64,000 bases of DNA from NCBI RefSeq assembly GCF_009914755.1, contig NC_060933.1. One strand, given 5' to 3'. The notes below the pieces were generated by a model. It was not told the origin of the DNA, made no database searches, and saw only the letters and a program-made list of their open reading frames with translations. This DNA comes from the human T2T-CHM13v2.0 reference genome, Homo sapiens. Positions 30,346-50,300 of the stretch are shown piece by piece. Within the stretch, counting starts at the first letter, position 1. Every line of letters starts with the position of its first letter. A program made the translations under genes and the position numbers.

Positions 30346-30799
30346 AAAAAGTACATTCTTATATCCATCCATGAACCCAGAAAATCTACTGGTAATACAA
30401 AAGAAACATAGATCATGGAACTTCCAAGAAAGAGGGCCATGGGTGGCAAAAAGCAGATAATTCTGTGATTACCAGGGAGCTAATAATCTAACCTGTGACA
30501 CCCAAGCCTATTGCTTTTTCTTGGATTTAGGTCAATTAACTCTTTATCAGTATCTTCACCAAAGGCAGGAAGGCATTGTGAAAAGAATTCTCCAAATGAA
30601 TTAATTTAGCTATTCCTAAGAGCTGAAAATTTTAGAAATTTCTTCTTTTAGAAGAAAATGTGGATAGTGAAAAAGCCTTGAAACATACAAGATGCTATAT
30701 GGATGTAAGGCACGACTATTTCTTTTATTACCTACATATCTGTTTCTACATTAACTCAAAATCAATTATCTATGAAGTGTCTAAAATGATGATAAAAAT

Positions 30800-31055
30800 A
30801 ATAGCTAATATTAATCAGTAAACTTACTGGGTCTAGGCATGGTTGTGAACATTTTATATGTGTTGATTCATTTAATCTTCCCAACATCCCAATAAAGCAA
30901 GTACTGTTTTTATCATCCCGTTTTTACTAATTAAGAAACTGAAGCGCGGGGAAGCGAAGAAACTTTCCCAGAGTAACATACTAAGAAGGTGGCACATTTG
31001 ACATTCAAACCCAGTCTGATACCACCAGAGCCCATGCTCTGAACAACCACACTAC
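30800..31055. mobile_element. MIR
   Basis: ttttactaattaagaaactgaagc...attcaaacccagtctga. Confidence 0.7.
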
Positions 31056-31628
31056 CACTGAGAGATAGGTACTGGATTCTGATAATCTAGAGATGATGAT
31101 ACTAAGTAAGCTACTCAAAGAAATGTACTTGCAAAAAATATAAGCAAACACCTATGTGAATTCAAAATAGAATATGAACTTTCTAAGCAAGAAATTCATT
31201 TATCTGACTGCATAAAAATTAAAAATCTCAGTGTCAAAACACTGTAAACAACATTAAAATGAAAACTATAAATTGAAAAAATATCCATAAATTTCAATTT
31301 TTTTTGGTATGTAAAAAAAATTGCAATGGCAGACGCTTGGTGAATTTGGGATAACATGTGCTACGATTTTTGCCTCTTAGTTATGGCTACCATCACCTGG
31401 TAGGGCCTAAGCAGCTACTTAAAACTTCTTACCCCACAGGTTAAAAACAACCTAGCTGCTCCTTATTATCTGGCAGGTACCAAGTAAATTTATACCCCAG
31501 AAGATTTGGGAGTTTGGCTAGTACAATACGGGTAGAAGTGACAATCACAGACAACTGGAGCATTTTAAAAATCTGGCTCCCAGACTGAATGCCAGAGAGA
31601 TAGAAAAGGCCTGAGAGTCAGGAGATCC

Positions 31629-31696
31629 CTAATGCCAGCTCTGCTACTCTAATGCCAGCTCTGCTACTCTAATGCCAGCTCTGCTACTCTAATGCC
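31629..31696. repeat. Perfect 20-bp tandem repeat x3.4 (ctaatgccagctctgctact)
   Basis: Directly visible; lies within a MIR-like remnant. Confidence 0.95.
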
Positions 31697-31885
31697 TGTG
31701 TGACTTTAGGCTTCTGTGGTCCCACCTTCATTTTGAAGGGTTTAGATCAGCACAAGATGATGCTTCAAACTTCCTTTCAATTCTAAAGTTCTATTAGTCT
31801 ATGAACATTAACACATATAAAACTACATCTTACGCATGTATTTAAATTATATCTTATCATACAACATTAAGAAATAGCAACTTAC

Positions 31886-31943
31886 CCCTGGTGGTTTGTA
31901 GATTATGTTGTCGCCACTATATCTTTCCGGTTTTGAAACATCC
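31886..31943 (-). CDS. ERP44: ERP44 coding exon (probably exon 7, 58 nt): (G)DVSKPERYSGDNIIYKPPG
   Basis: Peptide visible inside ORF 31847..32062(-). Acceptor ttcctatag, donor GTAAGT. Phases match neighbouring exons. Confidence 0.96.
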
Positions 31944-32544
31944 CTATAGGAAGGGAGAAATAGTAATAAACCTGAATGACAGAATTTTGCAATGTAGGAA
32001 TTACAGACTTGAAATATATACTTATCCATCATCTTCCCTATTACAAGACTATGCAATACCAAGAAAAGTATACATTTAAAGAAAACGTTTAATATGAGGC
32101 AGACTTTTTAAAGGAAAATTTTAGTTAGTTGTTTTTGTGTTTTGTGTAAGTTTAGATTGGGAGTTTTAGCACTAAAAGGTTGTTTTTGACCCCAGACTGT
32201 TTTCCGGCAACTAGGGATCAAGGTCATTGGTTTGGTCACATGGACTAATTAAAAAAAAACAAAAACGAAATAACCCACATCACTAAAATATAGTTCCATA
32301 AATAAGTAATTTTTTGTTTATTTGTCCATTGTTGTTTCCTGAACCTAGTACAGTATCTGGCACACAGAAGTTGCTTAATAAACATTTGTAGAGTACTACA
32401 ACAAATTATTTTTGTAATCAATTTTTAGATTAATTGAACACTGATTTATCTCTAGTTTCTAACTAGAGTAGTCCAGGAGATAGAGGCAAGGGGTGCTAAC
32501 CTAGATTGATAACCGTGGGAACAGAAAAAAATGTGTTCCATTAA

Positions 32545-33530
32545 TTAATTAATTCAATAACTATTTACTATGTGCTTCCTTTGTACCAGCTATGGTCTTG
32601 GCATTGGATAAACGGGAGTGAACAAAACTATCAAAACTCTCTCTCTCATGGAGTTTACATTTTGGTGAGTAGAGACAGACTAACAAGTAGATATATTTAT
32701 CTTTGGTGGTTACAAAAAAATGCTATGAAGAAAATAAGTGGAATAAGTAAAGAATGACAAATTAAATAATGGTAGTGCTACTTTAAATAAAGTTATCAGG
32801 CAAGGACTTTCTGATGAGATGACATCTGGGAGAAGCACTTCCAGATTCAGGCTCTGCTGCAGGACTGTGCTTGCAGCATTTAATGAATATGGGTTGGGCA
32901 CTGTGGCTCATGCCTATAATCCCAGCACTTTTGGAGGCAGACGTGGGAGGATCACTTGAGGCCAGGAGTTCAAGACCATCCTGGGCAACATGGTGAGACC
33001 TCAATCGCTTAAAAAACAAAAAACTGATAATGCGCACAATAAAACATACAAACAAAATCTCACAAAAGCATTAAAGCAAGGACAAACAATAAAGGTCAAA
33101 AAATGGAGAGGATATATTGTGCCAGACATCCAGGCTCCATTCAAGATAGCTACTACAGTTAAGCCTAATAGTCATGAGCCAATGAAAAGAGAAATAATAC
33201 TGCATGGAAGTCAAAGGATGGTTGAGATAACCTCCAATGAGGAGAGAGGGTCAAGAACAGAACCACAAAAATGATTCCATCTTGAGAAAAAGAAAAAAAA
33301 AAGGGAGATAAAGTCACAGAATTCAGACAGGTAGGGAGCAAACCAGGGGGATTCAATGTAAGTGTTGACACAGCAAAAAAAGAAAAAGGTAGTTGAACAT
33401 CACACCCTTCAGAGGAATTGAAAAGGAGTAAGATGTTTAAAAGGCCACTCGATTTGGTAATTAAGAAGTCATTTTGTGACTGTGTAGAGACAAGTTTCAT
33501 TAGAGCAATGGAGGTGAAAGTTAGCTTCCA
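32545..33530. mobile_element. L2 fragments containing a FLAM monomer (~32891-33023, +)
   Basis: L2-like ttcaataactatttactatgtg...ctctcatggagtttacatt. Alu left-monomer motifs with A tail. Confidence 0.65.
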
Positions 33531-34245
33531 AAAGGTTAAGTTTTTTACTGGTTAGAATTTAAGAAAATCAAGGTAGCCAGGCATAAACTAATCTTTGAAA
33601 AAAATAAAAAGAAAAAGAAAGGTGAAATTATAGCTTAAGAGAAGAGGCAGGTCAGGAAAGAAAGAAGCGTGTTTTCAGAAAAGGAAAGCAGTTCTTGAAA
33701 AGGGTCAGGTTGAAAACACAAGCAGGAACAACTGATGGATCAAAGCCCCAGAGGAGTTTGAAGGACACCAGTTACAAGGACATCAGTGAAGAGGTTAGCC
33801 TTAGAAAGAATTGTTCCCCTGAGACAGGGAAGATCTATAAAAAAAGGTGGTGGAGAGATGGAGATGAATGAAGACGATAAAACTCATGCTTCTTAACAAG
33901 AAAGACAGTGTGTTGTTTCACTGTGGTTACCCCACAGATTAGCATTTTGTCTGACATAGGGTAAGAGTTAGTAAATGAGTTGAATAAAAGCATGAATTAG
34001 TTAATTGTTAACTTGTCCATTTTTTCCCTCTTGCCCACATTCTGAAATAGATAATACTACAGAAAGAAAAACAGACTTTTAAAACCTTAAAAAGAATTCA
34101 GAGACAGGTATAAAGACTGTTTAGTGATTTTAAAAGGATTGAGATCATTTTTGGAAAGATCATCTTCAGGAAATGACCAAATACAACAGCAATTTAACAT
34201 GGCAGCCAACCAACCCACTAACACACTTTTAAATAAGATACTTAC

Positions 34246-34361
34246 CCAAATGCAGAAAGAAAGGCACAGTCATCATGCAAAATATTCGCTACTCGTTCAA
34301 AAACTCTATAGTTGTCCGAGTCCTTTTGCTCAAAATATCCAATGATATTTCTTTTGCTGCG
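34246..34361 (-). CDS. ERP44: ERP44 coding exon (probably exon 6, 116 nt): RSKRNIIGYFEQKDSDNYRVFERVANILHDDCAFLSAF(G)
   Basis: In frame with the previous exon. Acceptor ttttacag, donor GTAAGT. Matches recalled ERp44 b domain. Confidence 0.97.
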
Positions 34362-34701
34362 CTGTAAAATAAAGTATGCAATTATTTTGCAAACATACAT
34401 AGTTTTATAAACATGTTATTTCATTTACCCGTTATCTTAGTACCTAAACAAGTCCAGTCATTGTTCAAATGAAGTATGACTATAAATGCATATTTAGTTT
34501 TTAACACCTAGTCCAAAACTGTTAAAGATTACATTGGGTTGAAAACAATCTTAACTATAATAAATACAATCATAAACATTTCCTTCCAGCGTTCAAAATT
34601 CTTAAGAAATAGATAACTATTTGATCAGTGACAATCTTTTCCTAAGTAAGGGGACTAATTCTAAAATGTGTTAAAACAATGTATCAATCATAACTTGTGA
34701 C

Positions 34702-35157
34702 TGTTGGAGAGACTCCTCCATGGCTCTCTCACACTCCTACCCATCTTACTGGGTACACCAAAAAATGCAAGACCCTGACTATCCTTTATCCAGGCCATTT
34801 CTCAGAGTTGTGCTTGTAGCGAGCAACACGGAAATACGAGGTAATGCCTCTAGCCAGGACAAATAGCAGGGTTACTGCTTGCTCTGAAATAGTGAGTTCC
34901 CCAAGCCCAGTGTCCCTTTCCTGTGACATAACCCAGTGCATGTGCAGGTATCCATCTGGGGAGCCCTCTGTATTGCCTCCATAGGATTTGGAGGGCAAGG
35001 AAACAAATGCAAACATGCTCACACTACTTGCTGTGATGTGAGCAATAAAGTCCTTTGTCTCTGACCCAGCAGTCTTGTGTCTTCTAAAAGAATCCATGAA
35101 ATGGTAATTGGTTAGCTTAGCTTGCAAGTAGGGTAAAGTCAAATCTCAAACCTGACA
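34702..35157 (+). mobile_element. ERVL-type solo LTR (LTR47B-like) in the intron between exons 5 and 6
   Basis: TG...CA termini, AATAAA at 35044-35049, 5-bp TSD gtgac/gtgat. Subfamily is from memory. Confidence 0.8.
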
Positions 35158-35671
35158 GTGATGATTGGTGATTGTGATAAAGCCCAAACTCAATTGTTTT
35201 TGCTTTTGTTGTTTGTTATCTTTAAAACACTACCTAGTGTACAAAGAAAGGGGTGTGCTAAACTTATTATTAAGAAGAGGCTATTTAAGAGGACATTAAA
35301 ACTCATAAAAAGAGCTCATACAAAAGTAATTAGAGCAGACACCCTGAAGCTCTCCACAAGAAAAATACAGAAGCTCTGGTTGTATATACTTGACTTTTAA
35401 CTTCCATTTCTTTATAATTGAGGCTTTCCTTTGTGCTCAATTAATTCAAATTAGTACAGCTTTACTGCATGCTATATCTTTTATCCAGAAGTTCAGTATA
35501 ACATAAGCATTTGCCTTGAGATTAATTCAAAAAAATTCAACTCATTAAGTATACGTATGTCAAATCCACTGCAATAGACTATAGGAGAATGTCCAGATTT
35601 TTTGTTTGCATTAGAATTTGTTTACATTAATCAGGGAATGTTTGTTTAATCTAGCAAAAGTTACAACTTAC

Positions 35672-35856
35672 ATCAAGAGTGGTGATTTCTGCTAAGTCCC
35701 GAATTTCTTGAATGGGGTCACTTTTTTGTTGCCTGATGTAATCTGCCAATGCTTTCACTGATCGCTGACCCCTGTATTCTCTCTTCATCATCATCCCATT
35801 ACGAAACAATTTGAGGGTTGGGTATTTGCTTATCCTGTATCTCTGGGCTATGTCAG
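35672..35856 (-). CDS. ERP44: ERP44 coding exon (probably exon 5, 185 nt): (S)DIAQRYRISKYPTLKLFRNGMMMKREYRGQRSVKALADYIRQQKSDPIQEIRDLAEITTLD
   Basis: Minus-strand translation matches recalled ERp44 thioredoxin a-domain C-terminal part. Acceptor ttcttttag, donor GTAAGT. Confidence 0.97.
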
Positions 35857-37061
35857 CTAAAAGAATGAAAAAAAATTATTTACCCTCATATGTAGTCAGG
35901 GCAAGCCTGTTTGCCTAATGGTCAAAAATCTTACAATTGCTTAGTGAGAACTTTTTGGTTCAAGTCATTGTTTTTCAGTGAGAGAGAAAAAAATAATAAT
36001 AATCAGGACTTGAGTTTACATTATTTAAGAGACCAGGTTCTGGACTGGGTTTAAATCCTAATTTGCGACTTACTGGCCATGTGAACTGGTAAACTGCATA
36101 AACTCTCCATGCCTTAGTTCTCATCTATTATATAAGGATAATCATTTCTACCACATAAGATTGTCTTAAGTATCAAATTAAATAATACAACAGACGCCAC
36201 AGTAAGCATGGCACATGAATAATGACTACAAAAAACAGCAATAATGCCTTATGGGGTTCGACAGACATTAAAATACCTGACAGCAGCATATAAGCTGGGG
36301 AGGGGAGGTAAGTTATGTTAAATATTCTAAAGTCTTTGCATGGTCCAGGAAGAGGCAAAAGTACTTACAATATTTTGTTTAGTCAAGGTTGTACTTTATT
36401 CTCTCTAGCATAGGCAATCAAAAATACTAAAAATATATTAGAGGTTAAAATGGAATATGAGCTCTCAGAAGGGGGGCTGGAGGAAAAGATTATATAACAC
36501 TTTGGCAAACGAAGTAACTAAGATTATATAGCACTTTGGCAAATTCCATGTGGATTTATAAAGTAGAAATCATGATTACTAAAATTCTTTAAACAGAAGA
36601 CAAATATGAATAAACAACGGGAACAACTGGTCATACTGAGATTGAGAAGAATGCTTTATTCATCAAATCACAGAAATCTGAAGACATTTTAATTTATACA
36701 TAATTAACATAGACAATAATCTGTCTGCTTTAGGAGCTGGTACTTCCTTGAAGCAGATGCATAATAGATACATATCAACTATATGTCCCTTTTCAACCTG
36801 ATAAATTACAAGGAGAGACTATGTCTTTGGGGTGCTATAAAGATGATGGGTCCTATTACCTGAGCAAGGATTTAATGAGATTAAATTGGTACTACAAATT
36901 GAGAAATGAGAGAGTGGTACCATAAACAAGTAGAAGGCTTTTAAATAAAATAGAGACACCTGTAATAAAGCACAAGCCACAAAGACTTGAGCTTATCCTA
37001 CTTACAATGATAAATAACCTGAGAAATCATAAAAAAAAAAAAAATAAGAAACTTTGATTTC

Positions 37062-37374
37062 TTTTTTTTTTTTTTGAAGACAGGGTCTTGCTCTGTCACC
37101 CAGGCTGGAGTACAGTGGCACGATCACAGCTCACCACGGCCTTAACTTCCTAGACGTAAGCAATTCTCCCACTTCAGCCTCCAGAGTAGCTGGGACAACA
37201 GGTGTGTGCCACCATGCCTGGCTAATCTTAAATTTTTTTAATTTTTAATTATTTTTTGTAGAGATGAGGTCTCACTATGTTGCCCAGGTCAGTCTTGAAC
37301 TCCTGAGCTCAAGCAATCCTCCCGCCTCAGCCTCCCAAAGCTGGGATTACAGTTGTGAGCCACTGTGCCTAGCC
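37062..37374 (-). mobile_element. AluJ
   Basis: Full antisense dimer. Confidence 0.92.
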
Positions 37375-37502
37375 ATAAAATGAATTTTTGCATGATGTAT
37401 AAACAAAAAGTTTTAAAAAATTAGATCAAATAGTTCTAATGGCCTACACTACAGTGTTGTAGTCTTGAGAATGGAAAATGCCTTTTTAAAAGTTACTATT
37501 TT

Positions 37503-37783
37503 GGCCAGGCCCAGGGGCTCATGCCTGTAATCCCAGAAGTTTGGGAGAATGAGGCGGGTGGATCACTTGAGGTCAGGAGTTTGAGACCAGCCTGGCCAAC
37601 ATGGCAAGACCTTGTCTCTACTAAAAATACAAAAATTAACCAGGCATGGTGGCACATGCCTGTAATCCCAGCTATCTGGTGGCTGAGGCACGAGAATCTC
37701 TTGAACCTGGGAGGAGGAGGCTGCAGTGAACCAAGATCGTGCCAGTGCACTCCAGACTGGGTGACAGAGTGAAACCCTGACTC

Positions 37784-37823
<40 letters not shown>
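37503..37823 (+). mobile_element. AluS with a (CAA)n microsatellite tail
   Basis: Dimer, about 13 CAA units at 37783-37823, TSD aaagttactattt on both sides. Confidence 0.94.
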
Positions 37824-37824
<1 letters not shown>

Positions 37825-38499
37825 AGTTACTATTTCTCTAAATGTCCATCAATAGGAGACTGGCTGAATAAAGTATGGTACCCATATAATGAAGTACTAG
37901 GCTGTAATATAAAGAAATAAAAAAGATCTCTGTTTGCTGCTAAGGAGCAATCTTCAAGACAAGTTAAAAAAAAAAAAAAGCCAGGTGCAGAAGAGTGTGT
38001 ACAGGTCAAATATTTTGTGTAAGAAATAGGGAGAAGAAACTTGGGGAAGAAATATAAATACATATGTATATACATGCACACATATTTACATGTCTATATA
38101 TGTTTGCTTATATAGTTGTCTCTCCTCTACCCACAAAAAAAAAACACCAATGGGAGAAAATGGAGAGGTCAGGGATGAATTCCCTGACTATACTTTGGTT
38201 TTATAGTTTTGACTTTGGAACCATGGAAATGTTTAACATTAAAACAAAATGAAATTTTAAAACAATTTAATACTGTCATTGTTATTTTGAAATTAAATAC
38301 ATACACATATATTACAGATAAAGCACATGAGTAATCATGCTAATGCCATTAAGAATCAAGATTTTCAGCATAAGGAAAACATATATAAAACTGAGTAATT
38401 AAGTAAAAACCCTATAATTTGAATTGGAAGTACTGGTATGACCTCATGTTGTTCTCTTTCAAAAAATATACTTCTAAGCTCCTTCCACTGATAGCTATT

Positions 38500-39620
38500 A
38501 TCAGTAAGTTAATTCCAATAAGTTTGATGATTCACATAATTCCCATGAAAATATAACTAATCAAAACTGACACTAGAAGAAACAGAAGATATAAATGGTC
38601 CTAAAATTATTGCCAGGTACAGTGACACATGCCCATAGCCCCGGCTATGGTAAGATTGAGGCAGGAGGTTTGCTCGAGCCCAGGAGTTCAAGACTAGACT
38701 GGGAAACATAGAAAGACCCCATCTCAAAAAATAATCCTACAATTATTAAAGAACCCAAATCTAATTCAAAGCCTTTCCACAAAGAAAACTCCATTCCCAC
38801 ACATCTTCACCAGTAAATTCTACCAAACATTTAAGGAGCCAATAATGGCAATTTTACACAAACTATTCCAGAGAATACAAAAACAGGGAACACTTCCCAA
38901 CTAGTTTTTGAGGTCAACGTAATCTTCACGGGAATCCTGACAAGAAAATTATGAGAAAAAAAAAGTATTTGTTAATCTTACTCAAGAATATAGATGCAAA
39001 ACTTGAATAGAAATATTAACAAACTTAGCACTACATACAAAGGATAATACATCACAATAAAGCTGGATTTAGTCTAGCACTTCAGTTTAGATAAATATTT
39101 GAAAACCAATTAATGTACATCACAACACTGACAGAATGAAAGAGACAAATTTTGTTATCTCTCAAAAGCAGAAAAACATTTGATAAAAATCTATATTCAT
39201 TCATGCTTAAACACTCTTAGCAAACTAGGAAGAGAACTTCCTTAATTGAAAAAAAGGATATTTAAATAAACAACTGACTTGTGATATACTAAAAGCTGAT
39301 ATAACAAACAACTGAAATGGTGATATACTAACAGCTTTCATGCTGAGATCAAAAAAGAAAAAAGATGCCTGCTATCACTTCTATATAATACTGATTTGGA
39401 GTTCTTGGTCAAAATAATAATAATAATAAAAGACTGTAAAGGAAGAAATGTCATTACTTGCAGGTGTTTTTATTGAGTTCACAGAAAATCCAAAAGGGAA
39501 TCTACAAATGGATTTCCATTTTCAAGCAGGGTGTAGTGGGAAGCAAAAATGTGTTGGTCCTACTGCAACAACTAGAAAAAACTTTGTATCATATTTTTAA
39601 GATACCAGAAATCATGAAAA
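38500..39620 (+). mobile_element. Old L1M ORF2 fragments with an inserted FLAM (~38612-38733)
   Basis: Degenerate RT-region motifs (ttctaccaaacatttaagga, aatatagatgcaaaa). Confidence 0.7.
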
Positions 39621-42600
39621 CAATGAAGACTAAAGGAACTGACATTCCAGGAAAGGAAGAACCATTCCTAAGGTAAGCAAAGATCACTAGCCATTTTCTT
39701 TCTTATAGGTTTCCTGTGTAATTTGTTTTGGAAATTAAGCCTGCAGTTGCAGATTTAGGGCTGAGAATTATACCTGCATAGGCAAGAGAAATGTCTCCAG
39801 AGGACATCTGCTGAGTGCTGGGGTGATATACAAACCTGGGGAGTTGGGTCACAAAGACGAAAAATCTCCTATGGCCTCCTGGTACTTAGGAGACAACGTC
39901 TACTTTGGAAAGGACCTGCAACCCTGTATCAAGACCACATGCAGCCAAGACATTTGCCAGATTTTGAAGCCACAAAGATTAGGAAGCATCTAGACATTAA
40001 AAGAAAAACACGAATTTTTAAGACAGACAGGAAGAAAGGTACTTGTGACATGTACTAGAGACAACTGATTAATATTCAGAATATAAAAAGAATGAACTAA
40101 AAAAAGACTACCAAAAAGATAAGTGAGTTAAAGCTATCAGTTTATGAAAGAAACACAGATTGCCAATAAACTATTACATATGTTCAGTTGTAATCAGAAA
40201 GTTACAAATTAAAACTCCCAGATAACATTTTGTCTTTCATACTGGCAAAAAATCAGTAATAATAAAAATGTTTTAAACTAAAATTCAATAATATGAAACC
40301 CTGTGAAAGTAAAATATTCCTAGTAGGTTTCATTTAGGTCCAATATTCAATGTTAATAAAGGTAAACTAGCCTAGCTGGTGCCTACTTTGTCAACAAGAA
40401 GTCAAGTAATCTTTTTTAATACCCTAAGACTTTTTAATACCCAAAGGATCTGGCAGAGAGGATATGAGATGGACTCAGAAGCAAAGAAACTAGTCTAATA
40501 CAAAACATATATTTTCCACCTGTGTCCTAAGTATCAGTATGAAAATGGACAGCAAGATGCACTATAGGAGACAATATAATGCTTTCAACTTTCTAAACTT
40601 GATGAATTAGGGGGCGCAATGAGAAAGTAGTGTGCTAACAGCAAGTATGCATAAACCAGGAGTAGAATAAATAAGGTTAGAGACGGACTCTAGAGGGTCT
40701 TAAGCACTAAGCTGATGGAGTTTGAATTTTATCCAGTGTTGTGATAAGCAGCCACTGAGCTGTAGAGCTGGGCTTTCAAAAAATTCACCTGGAAGTAGTA
40801 GAGAACCAGGGAGACTAGTACTGTAATAGTTGTGGCAAAAATCACAAGAGTCTATTAACAAACATTACAATCTTTAGGTTGCTTTAAAATTCTGGTTACA
40901 GAGAGAAAAAGATTTAAAATATTTGAAAACTATTATGGGATTAGATATTCATTTGCTTCATTCTCAAACAACATCCTGGCAGCAGGTATGCTGCATAATG
41001 CAGTGGCGTTTAATTATTAAGAAGCAAAAACCTTAAAATTACATTGATCAGTAATCTCAGACATAATGCTTTTTTTTTTATTTTACAAGCTTTGGCCAAA
41101 AGTGATTTTAAGATAATTAGAATGTGACACTTTGACAATATAACAAAAAATGACTTAAGGGGTATAATAAATGGGTTTTTAAAATTAACTGGATAGATCA
41201 AATGTTAAAATGGATGTCAGAGGAATTATAAATCCCAGAAGGTTAACAGCTCACTGATTGGAAAATTAGCATATATTTTTGCTCCAATGGTCACTTACTT
41301 TTCCTTGATGGGTCCTGCCTGCCTGCCTCACTAATACCCAGCAGGGTTCCAAATGGGGAAATTGCCTCATACTCGTTTCAGCAACGTCTCTCCCTGCAAT
41401 GGTTATCCATGGCAGAAAATACAAAGAGGCAGATCATTTCAACAGGAAAGTCTTATTGTTCTTCTGGTTCCAGGAGAAGGACCACTGCTGCCTATGTACT
41501 TCTTCCCATTCCCAAACTGCACCCCTCAAAACAAACAAAAAAACCCCAAAAAGACAAACATCCCCAAAAAACAAAACAAAATACCTCAACAGAAAACTAA
41601 TAAGCAAAGCCTAGAAGTTCACTCAGAACTCAGGCTTAACTGCTCATCCAAATTCTGTTCTATGCACATAAAGTCTTCACTTCATATTTTCTTGTTCTTA
41701 CTATGATATTTATATATAGTTCCTATAAAAAGCTTCTCAATTTCCAATAAGTAAGGTTCGAGTTGCACTGGAAGACAGGTAAGAGTAACTCAGGTATATG
41801 GGTGCATGTGCTACCTAATCAAGGACAATTACAAAGTACTTTCCTAAAAACACAAGTGTGGGTCTGTTCTGCACTGACCAGCAAGCATATGAATGCCTCT
41901 TGCTTAGTGCCATACAGCCTAAGGCCACTGGAGGTCAGCAGAGAACCTGGTCCCACCAGGGGCTGACTGATGGGACTTTCTAGATTCAAGGCAGCAAGCA
42001 TGACCACCAAGGAGAATAATGAATTACGCTCCTGAATTCCCCAAATGATAAGACTGCAGAAGATAAGATGTGAAGCAAGTTGAAGCAAGGCCATGTTTTA
42101 ATTGTGTGCATATGTACATGCATGTGTACATGTGTGTCTATGTGTGTTTCGAAATTTTGGAAAGCAGACAGTTACAAAGAAGAAAACAAGAACCACTTCC
42201 AACCACCACTGGAGAAAACCACTATTAACATTTTGGCTTATATTTTGGTAACTTTGAAGAAAAGTTGCTTAACTAGCAGAGATATATTTCAATTCAGAAA
42301 AAATAAACTCTGAGGTTAGTCAAATAGTAAAGTGATAGCATCAATACTTGCAGAATGGGTTTTAGCAGCTTGGAAGAAATTCCTAGAGAGAGTAGAGCAT
42401 TACCAATACTCTTAATGGCATGGAGGCCAATACTGTGTAAAAAAACAAAAACAAAAACAAAAAACTCGACTCAGTTGAGAAATGATGCACAAGAGTCAGA
42501 CTCTAGTTTCAGAATAACTTGAACAAATTTATTTTCCTTTTAAGGCACACACAATAATGACAGAATTTTTAAAATCTATTTCTGAGTCTAAAATAGTTTT

Positions 42601-43437
42601 CACAATAGGTATAAAAAAATTCTAAGTGTCCCTATCTCTCACCATAAACAAAAATCAACTCAAGATGGATTAAAGACATAAATCTAAGACCCGAAACTAT
42701 AAAACCAGTAGAAGAAAACATAGGGGAAATGCTTTAGCACATTGGTCTGTGCAAAGATTTTTATGGATACTGCTTTAAATGCACAGGCAAAAAAAAAAGC
42801 AAAAATAGACAAATGGGATTTTATCAAACTAAAAAGCTTCTGTAGGGCAAGGGAAACACTCAACAGAGTGAAGAGGCAACCTGAGAATTAGTGGAAATAT
42901 CTGTAAACTAATCATCTGATAAGGGATTAACATCCAGAATATACAAGCAACAACAACGACAACAAAATCCTATTTTAAAAAGGACATGGCATCTCAACAA
43001 ACATTTCTCAAAAGACATACAAATGGCCAAAAAGCATGTGAAAAAAAATTGTCAGTTTCACTAATCATGTGGTTACATACAAATCGAAACCACAATGAGA
43101 TATCATTTCACCCCAGTTAGAATGGCTATTAACAAAAATGTGAAAATAATTAATACTGCAGAGGATTTGGAGAAAGGGAAACATTCACATGTTGTTGATG
43201 AGACAGTAACGTAGCACAGCCACTATGGAAGACAAAATGGAGGTTCCTCAAAACCTAAAAATAGAACTACCACATGATCTAGCAATTCCATTACTGTGTA
43301 TTTATCCAAAGAAAAGGAAATCAGTATAGCAAGGACATATCTGCACCACCGTGTTTACTGCAGCACTATTTACAATAGTCAAAATATGAAATCAACCTAA
43401 GTGGCCATCAACAGATGAATGGATAAAGAAAATGTGG

Positions 43438-48235
<4,798 letters not shown>

Positions 48236-48265
48236 AAATACAACCCAGCCAGTCAAAAAGAGAAA

Positions 48266-50300
<2,035 letters not shown>

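Noticed and set aside
41353-41706. 117-aa Lys/Asn/Gln-rich ORF
   Set aside because: Driven by an A-rich low-complexity tract, antisense to ERP44, with no recognisable homology.
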